Shown: positions 32,851 to 42,804 of the stretch, one piece after another | Position numbering within the stretch: the stretch's first letter is position 1 | Layout: every line of letters begins with the position of its first letter | NCBI GenBank assembly: GCA_963422205.2 | Contig: CAXMWX010000009.1 | Coordinates: forward strand, 128,001-192,000 | Reading direction: 5' to 3' | From: Gammaproteobacteria bacterium | Lineage (GTDB): Bacteria; Pseudomonadota; Gammaproteobacteria; Eutrophobiales; Eutrophobiaceae | Length of the DNA stretch: 64,000 nucleotides | The notes under the pieces: model-generated | What the model was told of the DNA's origin: nothing | The model's database searches: none | What the model saw: the letters and a program-made list of their open reading frames with translations, nothing else | Translations under genes and position numbers: made by a program

Positions 32851-32900
32851 AAGGGGTTCAATGTTCCCAAGGCAGACGGATGGCATCTACAGACCAGGGT

Positions 32901-34331
32901 TTATTTGATTAACGACTTGATTGTCACTGGCTTGACCGGGAAGCGGGCAGTAAAGGGGCCGATATCCTGCTCGCTCAAGGCGCCATGTTCACTGAGGATT
33001 TTTGTCATGTAATAGTGGCAATAACGTCCCTGACACAGCCCCATTCCGGTACGCGAAAATAATTTAGCAGCGCCTGCGTTGCTGATATGATGATGCTCCA
33101 CCAGCTTCTGTTTAAATTCACCCAATGTGATTTTTTCACATTTACATAATATAGATTCTTCGGTTGCCAGTTGTGACAGTAATTTTCCACCTGGATAGGA
33201 AAGGTATTTTAAGATGTTGGCGAATTGATTCAAATGCTGTAGACGCCTGTGGGTTTTTTTAAAGAGAGGCAAAGCGGCCTGTGAACCAGGTCTTCCCAGA
33301 TATTGAGCGATACCCAATCCCGCCAGCCTGCCTTCTGCGGCTGCGACTTCCGCTCCAGCGACCCCGGTTATCTCACCCGCCACATACACGCCAGCAACGC
33401 CAGTGCTCATCCATTCATCGTGTTTTATTACCCAGCCACCGCCTGCACTTGACCATGAGTAATCGGCGCCGTATTGGCGTGCCAGTTCAGAAGAGGCGAG
33501 AAAACCAAAACAAATACCAAGACGATCACATAAAATTTCTCGAACGGTATCTTTTTTAATATCGCCTGATCTGTCAATAGCACCGATACTGACGCTTGCT
33601 AATCTTGCTTTGCCATTTGCCTGTATCAACGTTTCGGAAAAACGAATCGGGATGCCGGCCTTTATCAGGCGAAGTAAAACGCCTGCAAGGTATAAAAATT
33701 TTCCGGCATGACGAATAAGCACGGAGGGTGATCTTAAAATAGCAAACACTTGAGAGAAGCGCTGGGCAAATATCATGCCCACCACCTCGCCACCCGCCTG
33801 CACGATCTGATCGGCGACGATAAGCTGTAAAGGGTGGGTGCCTGCAAATAAAAATCGTTCCCCCGGAATAAGCTGCTGGCTTTTTACCAGGGTTTGAATA
33901 CCCCCTGTCGCCATTACCCCGGGTAAATGACATCCTGGAAACACGATGGACATGTCATGACATCCCGGCGTAATCAGAAGTGATTTTGTTTGTATGTCTT
34001 GTATGCCCTTACGGTTACATGTCGTTATTTTGTGTGGATAGTTTGTTTCATTGTCATCGCTTTGCGTTATTCCCAGAACCGTTGTTTGTGTTAACCAATT
34101 TATTTTTTTATTTTCTGAAACCTTTTTCAGCAGACTTTTACCATTTTTATAGATGCGGGAAGACAGCCAGTTGTCGACTTTGAATGCATGTGGCGGTTGG
34201 CGATATATCTGGCCTCCCGGACTAGCTTGTTCATCAATGATCAGGATATCCAGATCATAATCGATGAGTTGTTCGGCCGCTGCCATTCCGGCCGGGCCTG
34301 CGCCAATAATGACAACTTCAGCCGTTCTCAT
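32901..34331 (-). CDS. NAD(P)/FAD oxidoreductase large subunit (OoxA/HcnB/LhpF-like) with C-terminal BFD-like Fe-S domain
   Basis: IIGAGPAG, GGQIYRQ, VYVAGE, LCKCE...RTGMGLCQGRYC...RFPVKP. Confidence 0.88.
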   Translation of the reverse strand: MRTAEVVIIGAGPAGMAAAEQLIDYDLDILIIDEQASPGGQIYRQPPHAFKVDNWLSSRIYKNGKSLLKKVSENKKINWLTQTTVLGITQSDDNETNYPHKITTCNRKGIQDIQTKSLLITPGCHDMSIVFPGCHLPGVMATGGIQTLVKSQQLIPGERFLFAGTHPLQLIVADQIVQAGGEVVGMIFAQRFSQVFAILRSPSVLIRHAGKFLYLAGVLLRLIKAGIPIRFSETLIQANGKARLASVSIGAIDRSGDIKKDTVREILCDRLGICFGFLASSELARQYGADYSWSSAGGGWVIKHDEWMSTGVAGVYVAGEITGVAGAEVAAAEGRLAGLGIAQYLGRPGSQAALPLFKKTHRRLQHLNQFANILKYLSYPGGKLLSQLATEESILCKCEKITLGEFKQKLVEHHHISNAGAAKLFSRTGMGLCQGRYCHYYMTKILSEHGALSEQDIGPFTARFPVKPVTIKSLIK

Positions 34332-34650
34332 GTGAGTTATGTTTACTGTTTATCTGATGCCCGGTTTCAATAAGCATGTCCTGTTCCACTTCAGTCATGC
34401 AGGCACGCACCCAGGCTGGAGAGTCACTGCAATGCCTGCGTTTGACATAGACCAGACACTCAAAGCAAGTACCCATATTGCAGAAAGGCGCATGCCCCTG
34501 AGCATCATCGGTCTTATAGAAAACATGAATATCTTCAGCAAACAGCAGGGTAGCAACAGTCTCGCCAGCATAGGCGGAGACGGTCTCACCGTTAAGGATA
34601 AGTGTGAGAGCATCGGGGCGCTCTACATTCCTGGTCAGTCTTATTGCCAT
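34318..34650 (-). CDS. [2Fe-2S] small subunit (HcnA/LhpE-like)
   Basis: AYAGETVATLL, FCNMGTCFECLV, RACMT. Confidence 0.88.
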   Translation of the reverse strand: MAIRLTRNVERPDALTLILNGETVSAYAGETVATLLFAEDIHVFYKTDDAQGHAPFCNMGTCFECLVYVKRRHCSDSPAWVRACMTEVEQDMLIETGHQINSKHNSHENG

Positions 34651-34661
34651 GATAGGTTTGC

Positions 34662-35837
34662 CTATTGAAAACGACTCGCCGCATAAGGGGCGATTGGAAA
34701 AGAGGTTGAGCTGGTCAGAATAAGTTCGCTTATCAGGCGAGCATAAGTCGGGCCATAAGTAAAAGCCGAACCACCGGCAGCGATATAAAAGCCGGAGGCC
34801 TTATCTACCGCCCCTAAGATGGGTAACTGATCCGGTGCGAGTGCAGTCATGCCTGTCCAGGTTCTTATTAAGTGCAGGTCTCTTACAAATGGGACAATGC
34901 TCGCAGCAGTACGCAGATTCTCCTTTACAGTGTCCGTATGAATCAATGCCGGGCGTTCAGAATGCCATTTTCCATCTTGATGTTGCAGCTTTGCCAGCCA
35001 GCCGCCTCCTATCAGGACATTGCCGTCATTAACTTGTTTCATGGACAGTTTACGTCCGACATGTTGAATGAGATGATGAATGACTTTGGGTATTTTTTCA
35101 GTGACATTCATGATCAGACCAACGGGCAGTAGCGGCAGATCAACAGAAGCTAACAGGCCAACCTCATTAGCCCAAACCCCGGCGGCATTTAAAACCATCT
35201 CTGCGATAACAGCGTCGCCATTTTTGTTGATTTGATTATTGGTGAATTTGATCTGCCACCTCCCTTGTTTTTTATAGAGTCCCGTAACATTTTTATTGGT
35301 CAGAATTTCCACCTTGTTCGCCGCCGCGCCTCTGGCATAAGCGGGTGTTAAGAGACGCGGGTTACAATGACCTTCATGAGGACAAAACAGAGCCGCCTGT
35401 ACTTTGTCGCTGAGGTAGGGCGCAAGTTTATGGATATCCTTTCTCTCAAGCAGCTCTACGGTCAGTCCCTGGGCCTTCTCGATTGCAGATTTCTCTTCCA
35501 GCAGTCTCGTCTCATCGTCTGTTTCTGCGACCATAAAGCCGCCCTCCATGACCACTTCCAGATCGCAGTTCAATTCCTGCTCTATGTTCCGCCAATGGTC
35601 AATGGCAATCTGAGTCAGGGCAACATAATGTTCAAGCGCTTCGGCAAGTTCCTGCCTGTGTTTGACGAGACGTTGTTCCAGTTGGAAGTGCAGGGAACCG
35701 GCGTTTCGTCCAGACGCGCCTTCGTTTATCTGACCACGTTCAAGCAGAATAACATCAGCGCCCGATTGGGAAAGGTAGTAGGCTGATGCACAGCCGACTA
35801 ATCCCCCGCCAATGACTGCAACATCATATTTTTGCAT
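34662..35837 (-). CDS. FAD-dependent D-amino acid oxidase family subunit (OoxB/HcnC/LhpB-like)
   Basis: VIGGGLVG, GASGRNAG, RTWTG, PDQLPILG. Confidence 0.88.
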   Translation of the reverse strand: MQKYDVAVIGGGLVGCASAYYLSQSGADVILLERGQINEGASGRNAGSLHFQLEQRLVKHRQELAEALEHYVALTQIAIDHWRNIEQELNCDLEVVMEGGFMVAETDDETRLLEEKSAIEKAQGLTVELLERKDIHKLAPYLSDKVQAALFCPHEGHCNPRLLTPAYARGAAANKVEILTNKNVTGLYKKQGRWQIKFTNNQINKNGDAVIAEMVLNAAGVWANEVGLLASVDLPLLPVGLIMNVTEKIPKVIHHLIQHVGRKLSMKQVNDGNVLIGGGWLAKLQHQDGKWHSERPALIHTDTVKENLRTAASIVPFVRDLHLIRTWTGMTALAPDQLPILGAVDKASGFYIAAGGSAFTYGPTYARLISELILTSSTSFPIAPYAASRFQ

Positions 35838-35838
35838 T

Positions 35839-36762
35839 CTACGCCTGGATTTTACCGAGTTCTATCAGTGTTGCCCTGATCTGTTGAACGCCCTCATCGC
35901 ATAACGGCAGTATTGGTGGCCTTGGATACCCCCCCGGCAGGCCCTGTTGATTTAAGGCTTCTTTAAAGATGGCCTGCGCTGAACCAAACTTGCCGGTGTA
36001 GTCTGCTTTGAACCAGGCCTGCATATAAGCCTGATCACGCTTACCCATTGATTTTGCTGTTTCGATATCATTCCTCCAGATGGCATTAAAAAACTCTGGA
36101 TGATCGCGGCCCAGAATGCCACCAGCGCCCATGGTACCGTCCGCGCTATGGTGTTGCACCAGCGTAATTCCTAACTCGTTCATCGGCACACCAAAGATAC
36201 GCACTTTATCTTTCAAGGCAAAAAATACGTCTAGGAAATGAGTCATATCCGCAGTAGAGTTTTTTATAGCGACAACCTTGTCCAATTCAGCAAGCCTTAA
36301 AAATAAACCAAGCGACATATCAACATTGGTACCCGGTGGCCAGTTATAAATACAGACAGGAAGAGCAGTAGCTGAGTTTATATCCTGGTAGTATTGAAAA
36401 ATTTCTTCTTCCGTGGGCATTATATATGGGGGAGGAGTCACCAGGACACCATCAAAACCGCTGCTCGCCGCAATAGCCGTATTTTCGATGACCTCATTCG
36501 CAGTATATGCGTTACAGCCAGCAATCAATGTCAGCTTTCCTTTTAACAACTTCCCGGCAAGCTCAAGCAGTTTGATCTTTTCCTCTTTTGTTAGACTAAA
36601 CCACTCGCCTTGTGTGCCAAGAATATTCACACCATGCATATTCTGTTCAGCCATCCAGTTCAGGAGATGTTTTGCAGCATCGATATCCAGGACGCCATCT
36701 TCAGTGAACGGTGTAGTAACAGCGGGAATGTAGCCTCGCCAGTTAACGGAATGTCTATCCAT
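35839..36762 (-). CDS. Dihydrodipicolinate synthase/NAL family lyase or deaminase
   Basis: PAVTTPF, GTQGE, TPPPY, IYNWP and the Schiff-base Lys in AIKNS. Confidence 0.88.
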   Translation of the reverse strand: MDRHSVNWRGYIPAVTTPFTEDGVLDIDAAKHLLNWMAEQNMHGVNILGTQGEWFSLTKEEKIKLLELAGKLLKGKLTLIAGCNAYTANEVIENTAIAASSGFDGVLVTPPPYIMPTEEEIFQYYQDINSATALPVCIYNWPPGTNVDMSLGLFLRLAELDKVVAIKNSTADMTHFLDVFFALKDKVRIFGVPMNELGITLVQHHSADGTMGAGGILGRDHPEFFNAIWRNDIETAKSMGKRDQAYMQAWFKADYTGKFGSAQAIFKEALNQQGLPGGYPRPPILPLCDEGVQQIRATLIELGKIQA

Positions 36763-36865
36763 ACCAAGGTATCTCCAGTCGGCTGTTTTTATTTCTTTTG
36801 ATTTGAGATTTTAGAGAATGCTGATTATCCGCACGAAAGCCAGCAAGCTACAATTATTTGCTATC

Positions 36866-36910
36866 TGTTTCAATAACAATATATTATGATTTTCGTTGCA
36901 TTCTGTGCAA
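36866..36910 (-). promoter_or_regulatory. LysR-type operator/promoter, copy 1 (oxidase operon)
   Basis: Minus strand TTGC-ACAGAAT-GCAAC-N16-TGTTATTGAAACA; TTGAAA is followed 17 bp later by TAGCTT. Confidence 0.75.
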
Positions 36911-36949
36911 ATAGTAAAAACGCCAATCACAAATCTGTCTTATATAATA

Positions 36950-37864
36950 ATGCCAAGTGATACCCGCCTGCGCTATTTATATGAATCAGCCTGCCTTGGA
37001 ACGATGCGGGCCGCCAGTGAAAAACTGGACGTGGCGACATCCTCTATCAGCCGACAGATAGGGGCATTGGAAACAGAGTTAGGTCTTGCACTTATCGAAA
37101 AAGGTCGGCGCAGGATAAAATTAACAGAAGCGGGAGAGGCGGCATGTTCGTATTACAGAGAAAGAATCTCACAGGAAGAGGCCTTCCTGTCCAGGGTTGG
37201 AGAGCTTAAAAGCATACGCACGGGTAAAATTTTATTGGCGGTGGGAGAGGCCTTTGTAACACAACAGTTCAGTGACATGTTGCAGGCATTCATGCAGCAC
37301 TACACCGGCATGAAAGTGCAGGCAGTCGTCACCAATACAAACAGTGTCGTAGATCTGGTGCGTGAAGATGAGGCACACATGGGTTTGATCTTTGATGTAC
37401 CCAGAGATCCGAAGATTCGCGCCCGCCTTACTTTGCCGCAGCCGCTCAAGGTGATCGTCAACAAAAAGCATCCTTTTAGTCGCAAAAAGTCCACGACACT
37501 CTCGGCGCTGGCCGGAGAGAATATCGGCTTGCCGGAAGAGGATTATCGTATTCGCCAGCTTATTCATATTGCAGAGCGGGAAGAGGGCGTGTTTCTTGAG
37601 GCAGCGATGATCACAAACTCACTCGCCCTGATTACTGATTTCGTCAAGTCTGGCAGAGGGGTAAGCATTATGCCGGAGTTGGTGGTGCAACAGGAACTAA
37701 TCAACGGTGAGCTGAAGGCATTACCAACTGAAAGTAACACCTTAAACTCTACGCAAACCAGCCTGATCACCCGGATTGGCAGGCAATTACCCATCGGTGC
37801 CTACCGCTTATTATTAAGCATTGAGACCTATCTGAGATCTGTTATACAGACAAGTCTCCCCTGA
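36950..37864 (+). CDS. LysR family transcriptional regulator
   Basis: HTH GTMRAASEKLDVATSSISRQIGALETELG...LTEAG; transcribed divergently from the oxidase operon. Confidence 0.93.
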   Translation: MPSDTRLRYLYESACLGTMRAASEKLDVATSSISRQIGALETELGLALIEKGRRRIKLTEAGEAACSYYRERISQEEAFLSRVGELKSIRTGKILLAVGEAFVTQQFSDMLQAFMQHYTGMKVQAVVTNTNSVVDLVREDEAHMGLIFDVPRDPKIRARLTLPQPLKVIVNKKHPFSRKKSTTLSALAGENIGLPEEDYRIRQLIHIAEREEGVFLEAAMITNSLALITDFVKSGRGVSIMPELVVQQELINGELKALPTESNTLNSTQTSLITRIGRQLPIGAYRLLLSIETYLRSVIQTSLP

Positions 37865-37932
37865 GCCAGGGTCAAGCCCGGCCCCGACCGCTTTAAAATC
37901 CTGCATTACACGTCCTTACCTTCCGGTTTAAT

Positions 37933-37977
37933 TTGCCTGTAAAGCAACAAAATGTATCAATCACTGTCATTGAAACA
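37933..37977 (+). promoter_or_regulatory. LysR-type operator/promoter, copy 2 (uptake/hydrolase operon)
   Basis: TTGC-CTGTAAA-GCAAC-N16-TGTCATTGAAACA. Confidence 0.75.
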
Positions 37978-38101
37978 ATTATTCAATTTTAGTGAAATTC
38001 AATCCTGTGCAGAGTACCGGCTGGGGCATCGCTTTTCCCGTCAGCAGATAAAGACTTAGCGCACTGTGCTTTTTTATCGTCTGTATAACGGGGGGCATTG
38101 A

Positions 38102-38578
38102 GTGAAAAGAGCAATCAGGATCATGGTAATAGCGTCATTGTGTCAATTTGTCGGCACGGCTGTTGCTGCTGATGAGAACGACAATGTGCTGGTACACATG
38201 TTCGCCTGGTGGAACGCTGCAATAAAAGACTCGGACGGTTTTACGGAGCAGGCATTTCGCCGTTATTACACCGAGGATGCGACCATTGTAATTAATGGTG
38301 CTGAGCGTGTCAGCGGAATCAAAAACCTGGTTGAACACTTCAGAAAAATTCAGCAGCGAGTTGAGTCTGTCGAAATCGTGCTGCCTTTTGAAGAGGGTTT
38401 CCAGTCAGGCAATCGGATATTTACCTATCACAAAATCCGCTCCCGTGCTGACGGGCAGGACAGCCTGTCCCATGTTATGGGCTATGCCGTGATTGAGAAC
38501 GGAAAAATAGCCCTGGTTGATTTTCTTAGCTATGAGGATCCTAAGGCTGATGAAGTAAAGGCCGGGAATGAGCAGTGA
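38102..38578 (+). CDS. Exported SnoaL/NTF2-like protein
   Basis: Signal peptide; FRRYYTEDA...G and NGKIA pattern of the NTF2 fold. Confidence 0.7.
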   Translation: MKRAIRIMVIASLCQFVGTAVAADENDNVLVHMFAWWNAAIKDSDGFTEQAFRRYYTEDATIVINGAERVSGIKNLVEHFRKIQQRVESVEIVLPFEEGFQSGNRIFTYHKIRSRADGQDSLSHVMGYAVIENGKIALVDFLSYEDPKADEVKAGNEQ

Positions 38579-38628
38579 GTCATCATCATGTTAGAAATTG
38601 ATAGAGCCGCCTATGAGGAGTGAGAGTT

Positions 38629-40842
38629 ATGAAAAGTAATAGCAAAATCATCACGTACTTTATGTTTGCGAGTTTGATTTCGAGTTTGAGCCTGACGCAC
38701 AAGGCCATTGCACAGGATGGCCTGATGCTGGAAGAGGTGGTCGTGACTGCACAGCGCCGAGAGCAATCGCTACAGAATGTGCCGATCAGTATCAGTGCGT
38801 TCACTACAGAAGCGATCGATAAATTCATGTTCAATGATGTGGGTGATTATATTATCCGTTCACCCAATGCCAGTTTCACAACAGATGGTGCAAAATCACG
38901 GCGTCGACTCAGTATTCGCGGGGTTACTGACTTCTTAGCTATCAACAATCCACTCAAACCTTCCACCTTCGGGTTTTATGTGGACGACTTCAGTGTCTCT
39001 GCCAGCACCTCTAATCCGCCGATCTTTGATATAGAACGTATTGAAATACTGCGCGGCCCGCAGGCCACCTACTTTGGGCAGAATGCGCTGGGGGGCGGGA
39101 TCAGCGTGACGTCTAAAAAAGCAGATGCGACCAGGTATGCAGGGGAAATTATGTTCGACTACTCAAACTTTGATACCCGGGATGTTGAGGTGATGGGGAA
39201 TGTGCCAGTCATCAAGGATGTGTTAGCTGTGCGGGCAAATATAAAATATTCACAGTCCGATGGAAACATAAAAAATATCAACCCCGCCTGTAACTGTGAT
39301 GGCAATGCCTCAAAATATCAGTATGGCAAGCTGGCCATACGCTACACGCCAACGCATGATTTAACGGTAGATGTGGTTGCCAGCATTATGGATGAGGAGG
39401 TGGGTATGCGCGAAGGTGTGCCAACCGGTGTCTTCTCAACCTTTGCCGGCGGTACGTTATTTGCCAACCTGCCGGACACCGATGGCGATGGTGCGGCTGA
39501 TCCAACGCCGGACGGAGTCGGCTTTTATCCCGATAACAGGACACGAGTCAACAGCGATTTCCCGCAGGATGTTGGCACCGCCTATCGTAATATTATTGGC
39601 CGGATCGATTATGATATTGCCGACCTTAGAATAACCAGTATCACCGGCACCATAAGCTCTGATTTTAGCCTGGCCGGAGATATTGACGGCAGCAGCATTG
39701 ATGCCTTCAGAGAGTTCAGAAATATTGAGCGCCAGAGTTTTAGCACAGAGCTTCGAATCAAGAATACGGATGCCGGGCGCTGGCAGTGGAATATCGGGGC
39801 AATCTATGCCGATAATGATGCGACCATCTGGAATCGAACCTTTGCCAGGCCGGGCAGCAGGTTTCCTCCCCAACTCATCGACAGTCAGGACGACAGTGCG
39901 AGTGCGGATAGCTGGGCCTTGTTCGGGGAGGGTAAATATGCAATAACTGACCGCTTGACCGCCTCCATCGGTGGTCGTTACAGTGAAGAAATTATCAACA
40001 CAGATATTGCCGGTTTTTCCGGTGGCTTTGTGCAGGTATTGTCTGCGAAAAATAAATTCAAGGATTTCTCGCCTCACTTCTCGGCTAACTATCAGTTCAC
40101 CGATGAGATAAATGCTTATGCCACGATCTCCAGGGGCTTCAAGTCGGGCGGGACACAGATCAGCCCTCTCCCCGGGACGGATGCGGATTTTTATGATCCG
40201 GAAATCATGTGGAATTATGAGCTGGGTGTAAAAGGCGATTTCTTTAATGACAGGTTGCGTGTGAACGCCGCCCTGTTTTATATGCAATGGTCTGATTTAC
40301 AGACGAACTTTCAGCAGTCCGGTATCAATGCTGATGGCGAATTCGAGTTGTTTGCCGGCACTGACAATGCAGAATCAGCAACCTCAAAGGGGGTGGAATT
40401 AGTTGCTACCGCCCTGCTGATTGATAACCTGATTGTCAATTTCAATGTGGGTTATCTGAACGCACAGTTTGATAAATTCGTCACCTTTATTGATGGCATG
40501 AATAGAACACTGGATGGGACATCAATACCCCTGTCGCCAAAATGGACTGTCTCTGCCGATGCGGAATACACGTTTCCTGTCATGGATGGGTATGATGGTT
40601 TTGCCCGTGTGGAATACAGTTATCGACATCAGACAAAAACCCTGATTGCTGGCCTGATACAAGAGGGTTTTCCCTGGCGAGAGCATAAGGATTTCACCCT
40701 GGTGGCTTATGCGGAAAACCTGTTTGATGAGAAGTACTATACCAATGCCTATCAGAAGGCGTTTGCCGGTGGGCTTTTTGCCGAGCCATCATTCAGAAGT
40801 TATGGTGTGCGGATAAACTATACGTTCGACAAGCCACTATAA
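38629..40842 (+). CDS. TonB-dependent receptor
   Basis: LEEVVVTAQRREQSLQNVPISI, IEILRGPQ, GFKSGG, NLFDEKY, YGVRINYTF. Confidence 0.95.
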   Translation: MKSNSKIITYFMFASLISSLSLTHKAIAQDGLMLEEVVVTAQRREQSLQNVPISISAFTTEAIDKFMFNDVGDYIIRSPNASFTTDGAKSRRRLSIRGVTDFLAINNPLKPSTFGFYVDDFSVSASTSNPPIFDIERIEILRGPQATYFGQNALGGGISVTSKKADATRYAGEIMFDYSNFDTRDVEVMGNVPVIKDVLAVRANIKYSQSDGNIKNINPACNCDGNASKYQYGKLAIRYTPTHDLTVDVVASIMDEEVGMREGVPTGVFSTFAGGTLFANLPDTDGDGAADPTPDGVGFYPDNRTRVNSDFPQDVGTAYRNIIGRIDYDIADLRITSITGTISSDFSLAGDIDGSSIDAFREFRNIERQSFSTELRIKNTDAGRWQWNIGAIYADNDATIWNRTFARPGSRFPPQLIDSQDDSASADSWALFGEGKYAITDRLTASIGGRYSEEIINTDIAGFSGGFVQVLSAKNKFKDFSPHFSANYQFTDEINAYATISRGFKSGGTQISPLPGTDADFYDPEIMWNYELGVKGDFFNDRLRVNAALFYMQWSDLQTNFQQSGINADGEFELFAGTDNAESATSKGVELVATALLIDNLIVNFNVGYLNAQFDKFVTFIDGMNRTLDGTSIPLSPKWTVSADAEYTFPVMDGYDGFARVEYSYRHQTKTLIAGLIQEGFPWREHKDFTLVAYAENLFDEKYYTNAYQKAFAGGLFAEPSFRSYGVRINYTFDKPL

Positions 40843-40854
40843 CTGTTTCCACAG

Positions 40855-40907
40855 ACGACCCTCCTGCATCATCTCCTCTTAATGTAGATACAGAAGGGTC
40901 GTTTTTT
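40855..40907 (+). terminator. Putative intrinsic terminator after the TonB receptor
   Basis: ACGACCCTCCTG...CAGAAGGGTCGT followed by a T run. Confidence 0.6.
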
Positions 40908-40914
40908 ATTTGCA

Positions 40915-42762
40915 ATGAGAGCTGGCTCGCTCATGTTCAACAAAGGTCATACATATCCTGCCCCTGGTGTATTTTTAGCCGTCCTTTTATTCATCCCGTC
41001 TCTGGTTCACGCAGGTGAATTCAAACCTGATGAGACTGTGTGTCTGGCTGATTTTTTGCAGGGCATATACGACAGAACGTTGTCGCAGGATCCGGAATTA
41101 GCCTTTAAATCAGGGCAGAGAAAACACTTTGCTCAATGGCATGATCGATCAATCAAACAAAGCAATGAAGCGCTGCGACAAAACTGGCTGGACCTTTATA
41201 CATTGCATAATGACTTCGATTATTCAAGGTTAAATGCTGAAGGGAAATTAAACTATCGCGCCTTTGAAGCGGATCTGAAACTGCGGATTGAACGTCATGC
41301 CTGGCGTTACCATCTCAGCCCGGTCAATCAGATCGTCGGCATACACCTGGAAATACCGGGCTTGTTAACCGGGTCATTTAAAATAAATACAGCAGCAGAT
41401 GCCCGTGCCTATATTGCTGCCATGAAAACAGTGGACGTGCCCATTGATCAATTTATCGAACTTTTTAAGGACCGGGAAGGCAGGGGATTTCTATTGGCAG
41501 AAAGTGTCGTACCACGATTAGTTCAGGCAGCAAAATCAGTCATATCAGGTACGCTGCAAGGCGAGGATGACAATAATATTTTGTTAGCGGATTTCAAACG
41601 AAAATTAACAGATGTTGATGCAGATGATAAAACAATACACAGTCTTCTGACGGATTTTAAGGTAACGATGCAAAATGATTTTATGCCTGCCTATCAGCGT
41701 TTAATTGATACGTTTGAACAACACGGCAGGATAAAACACATCAGCGATGATGGTCTCTGGCGCTATCCTGATGGCGCAGAATTTTATCAGTTTTTATTAA
41801 GGCAATATACAACAACGGCTATCAGTGCTGACCAAATCCATCCCCTGGGCTTAAAAGAAGTCGCACGTATTCATAAGGAAATGAACCGGATCAAACAGGA
41901 GCTTGGGTTTAAAGGTGACTTAAAAGCATTTTTTTCTTACCTGAAGACCGCCCCTGAATTCTATTATCCAAATACACGTCAAGGGCGTGAACAATATCTA
42001 AAACGGGCCCATGACATCATTGAGAAGGCTAAAAGTCGTATTCACGATATCCTCCCAATGGATTTGGCACATGAACTTGTGCCGAGACGAATAGAAGCCT
42101 ATCGAGAGCAGTCCGCACCAGCCGGTTTCTATGCCGCGGGCACAGCGGACGGCAGCGTACCGGGGACGGTTTTTCTTGGGATGTATAACATGGCAAGTAA
42201 CGCCGTCTATGATCTCAATGCACTGCTCGCCCATGAAGGTATTCCCGGCCACCATTTACAATTATCGGTGATGCAATCACAGCAACACATCCCCGACATT
42301 CGCAAATATTATATCTGGTGGTCGAACACCGCTTTTACCGAAGGGTGGGCCTTGTATGCTGAATATCTTGCAGAGGAGATGGGCCTGTATCCTGATCCCT
42401 ATACGGAATTTGGCAGGCTTGCAGGAGAGTTATGGCGTGCCTGTCGTTTAGTTGTCGATAGCGGCCTGCATGCTGAAAAATGGAGTCGTCAACAGGCCAT
42501 TGATTACTTAAATAAGAACACCGCCAGTTCGGTGGAGCATAATATACGTGCTGTTGACAGGTATCTGGCTGTGCCCGGTCAGGCAACGGCATTTAAGATT
42601 GGGATGATAAAAATCCTTCAATTAAGAGAAAAGGCACAGGCCGTTTTAGGCGATGATTTTGATATTCGTGAATTCCACTATGCTGTGCTGAAAAATGGCC
42701 CGCTTCCTTTATCACTTGTTGCAGAAGAAGTGGATGCGTGGGTGTTGAGTAAACAAAAATAG
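40915..42762 (+). CDS. DUF885 family exported metallo-hydrolase-like protein
   Basis: Signal peptide; HEGIPGHHLQ, AFTEGWALYAE, RACRLVVDSGLH, RYLAVPGQA. Confidence 0.92.
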   Translation: MRAGSLMFNKGHTYPAPGVFLAVLLFIPSLVHAGEFKPDETVCLADFLQGIYDRTLSQDPELAFKSGQRKHFAQWHDRSIKQSNEALRQNWLDLYTLHNDFDYSRLNAEGKLNYRAFEADLKLRIERHAWRYHLSPVNQIVGIHLEIPGLLTGSFKINTAADARAYIAAMKTVDVPIDQFIELFKDREGRGFLLAESVVPRLVQAAKSVISGTLQGEDDNNILLADFKRKLTDVDADDKTIHSLLTDFKVTMQNDFMPAYQRLIDTFEQHGRIKHISDDGLWRYPDGAEFYQFLLRQYTTTAISADQIHPLGLKEVARIHKEMNRIKQELGFKGDLKAFFSYLKTAPEFYYPNTRQGREQYLKRAHDIIEKAKSRIHDILPMDLAHELVPRRIEAYREQSAPAGFYAAGTADGSVPGTVFLGMYNMASNAVYDLNALLAHEGIPGHHLQLSVMQSQQHIPDIRKYYIWWSNTAFTEGWALYAEYLAEEMGLYPDPYTEFGRLAGELWRACRLVVDSGLHAEKWSRQQAIDYLNKNTASSVEHNIRAVDRYLAVPGQATAFKIGMIKILQLREKAQAVLGDDFDIREFHYAVLKNGPLPLSLVAEEVDAWVLSKQK

Positions 42763-42804
42763 CCATTATCGATGTAATCATTTTTGAAATAAGAGGAAAT
42801 TGAC

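Noticed and set aside
32901-35837. Hydrogen cyanide synthase hcnABC
   Set aside because: It is the same family, but the gene order and the context (DapA-like lyase, uptake genes, RidA) point to catabolism; no symbol was assigned.
35839-36762. Housekeeping dapA
   Set aside because: It has GTQGE and YNWP instead of GTTGE and YNVP-RT, and it lies in an accessory operon.
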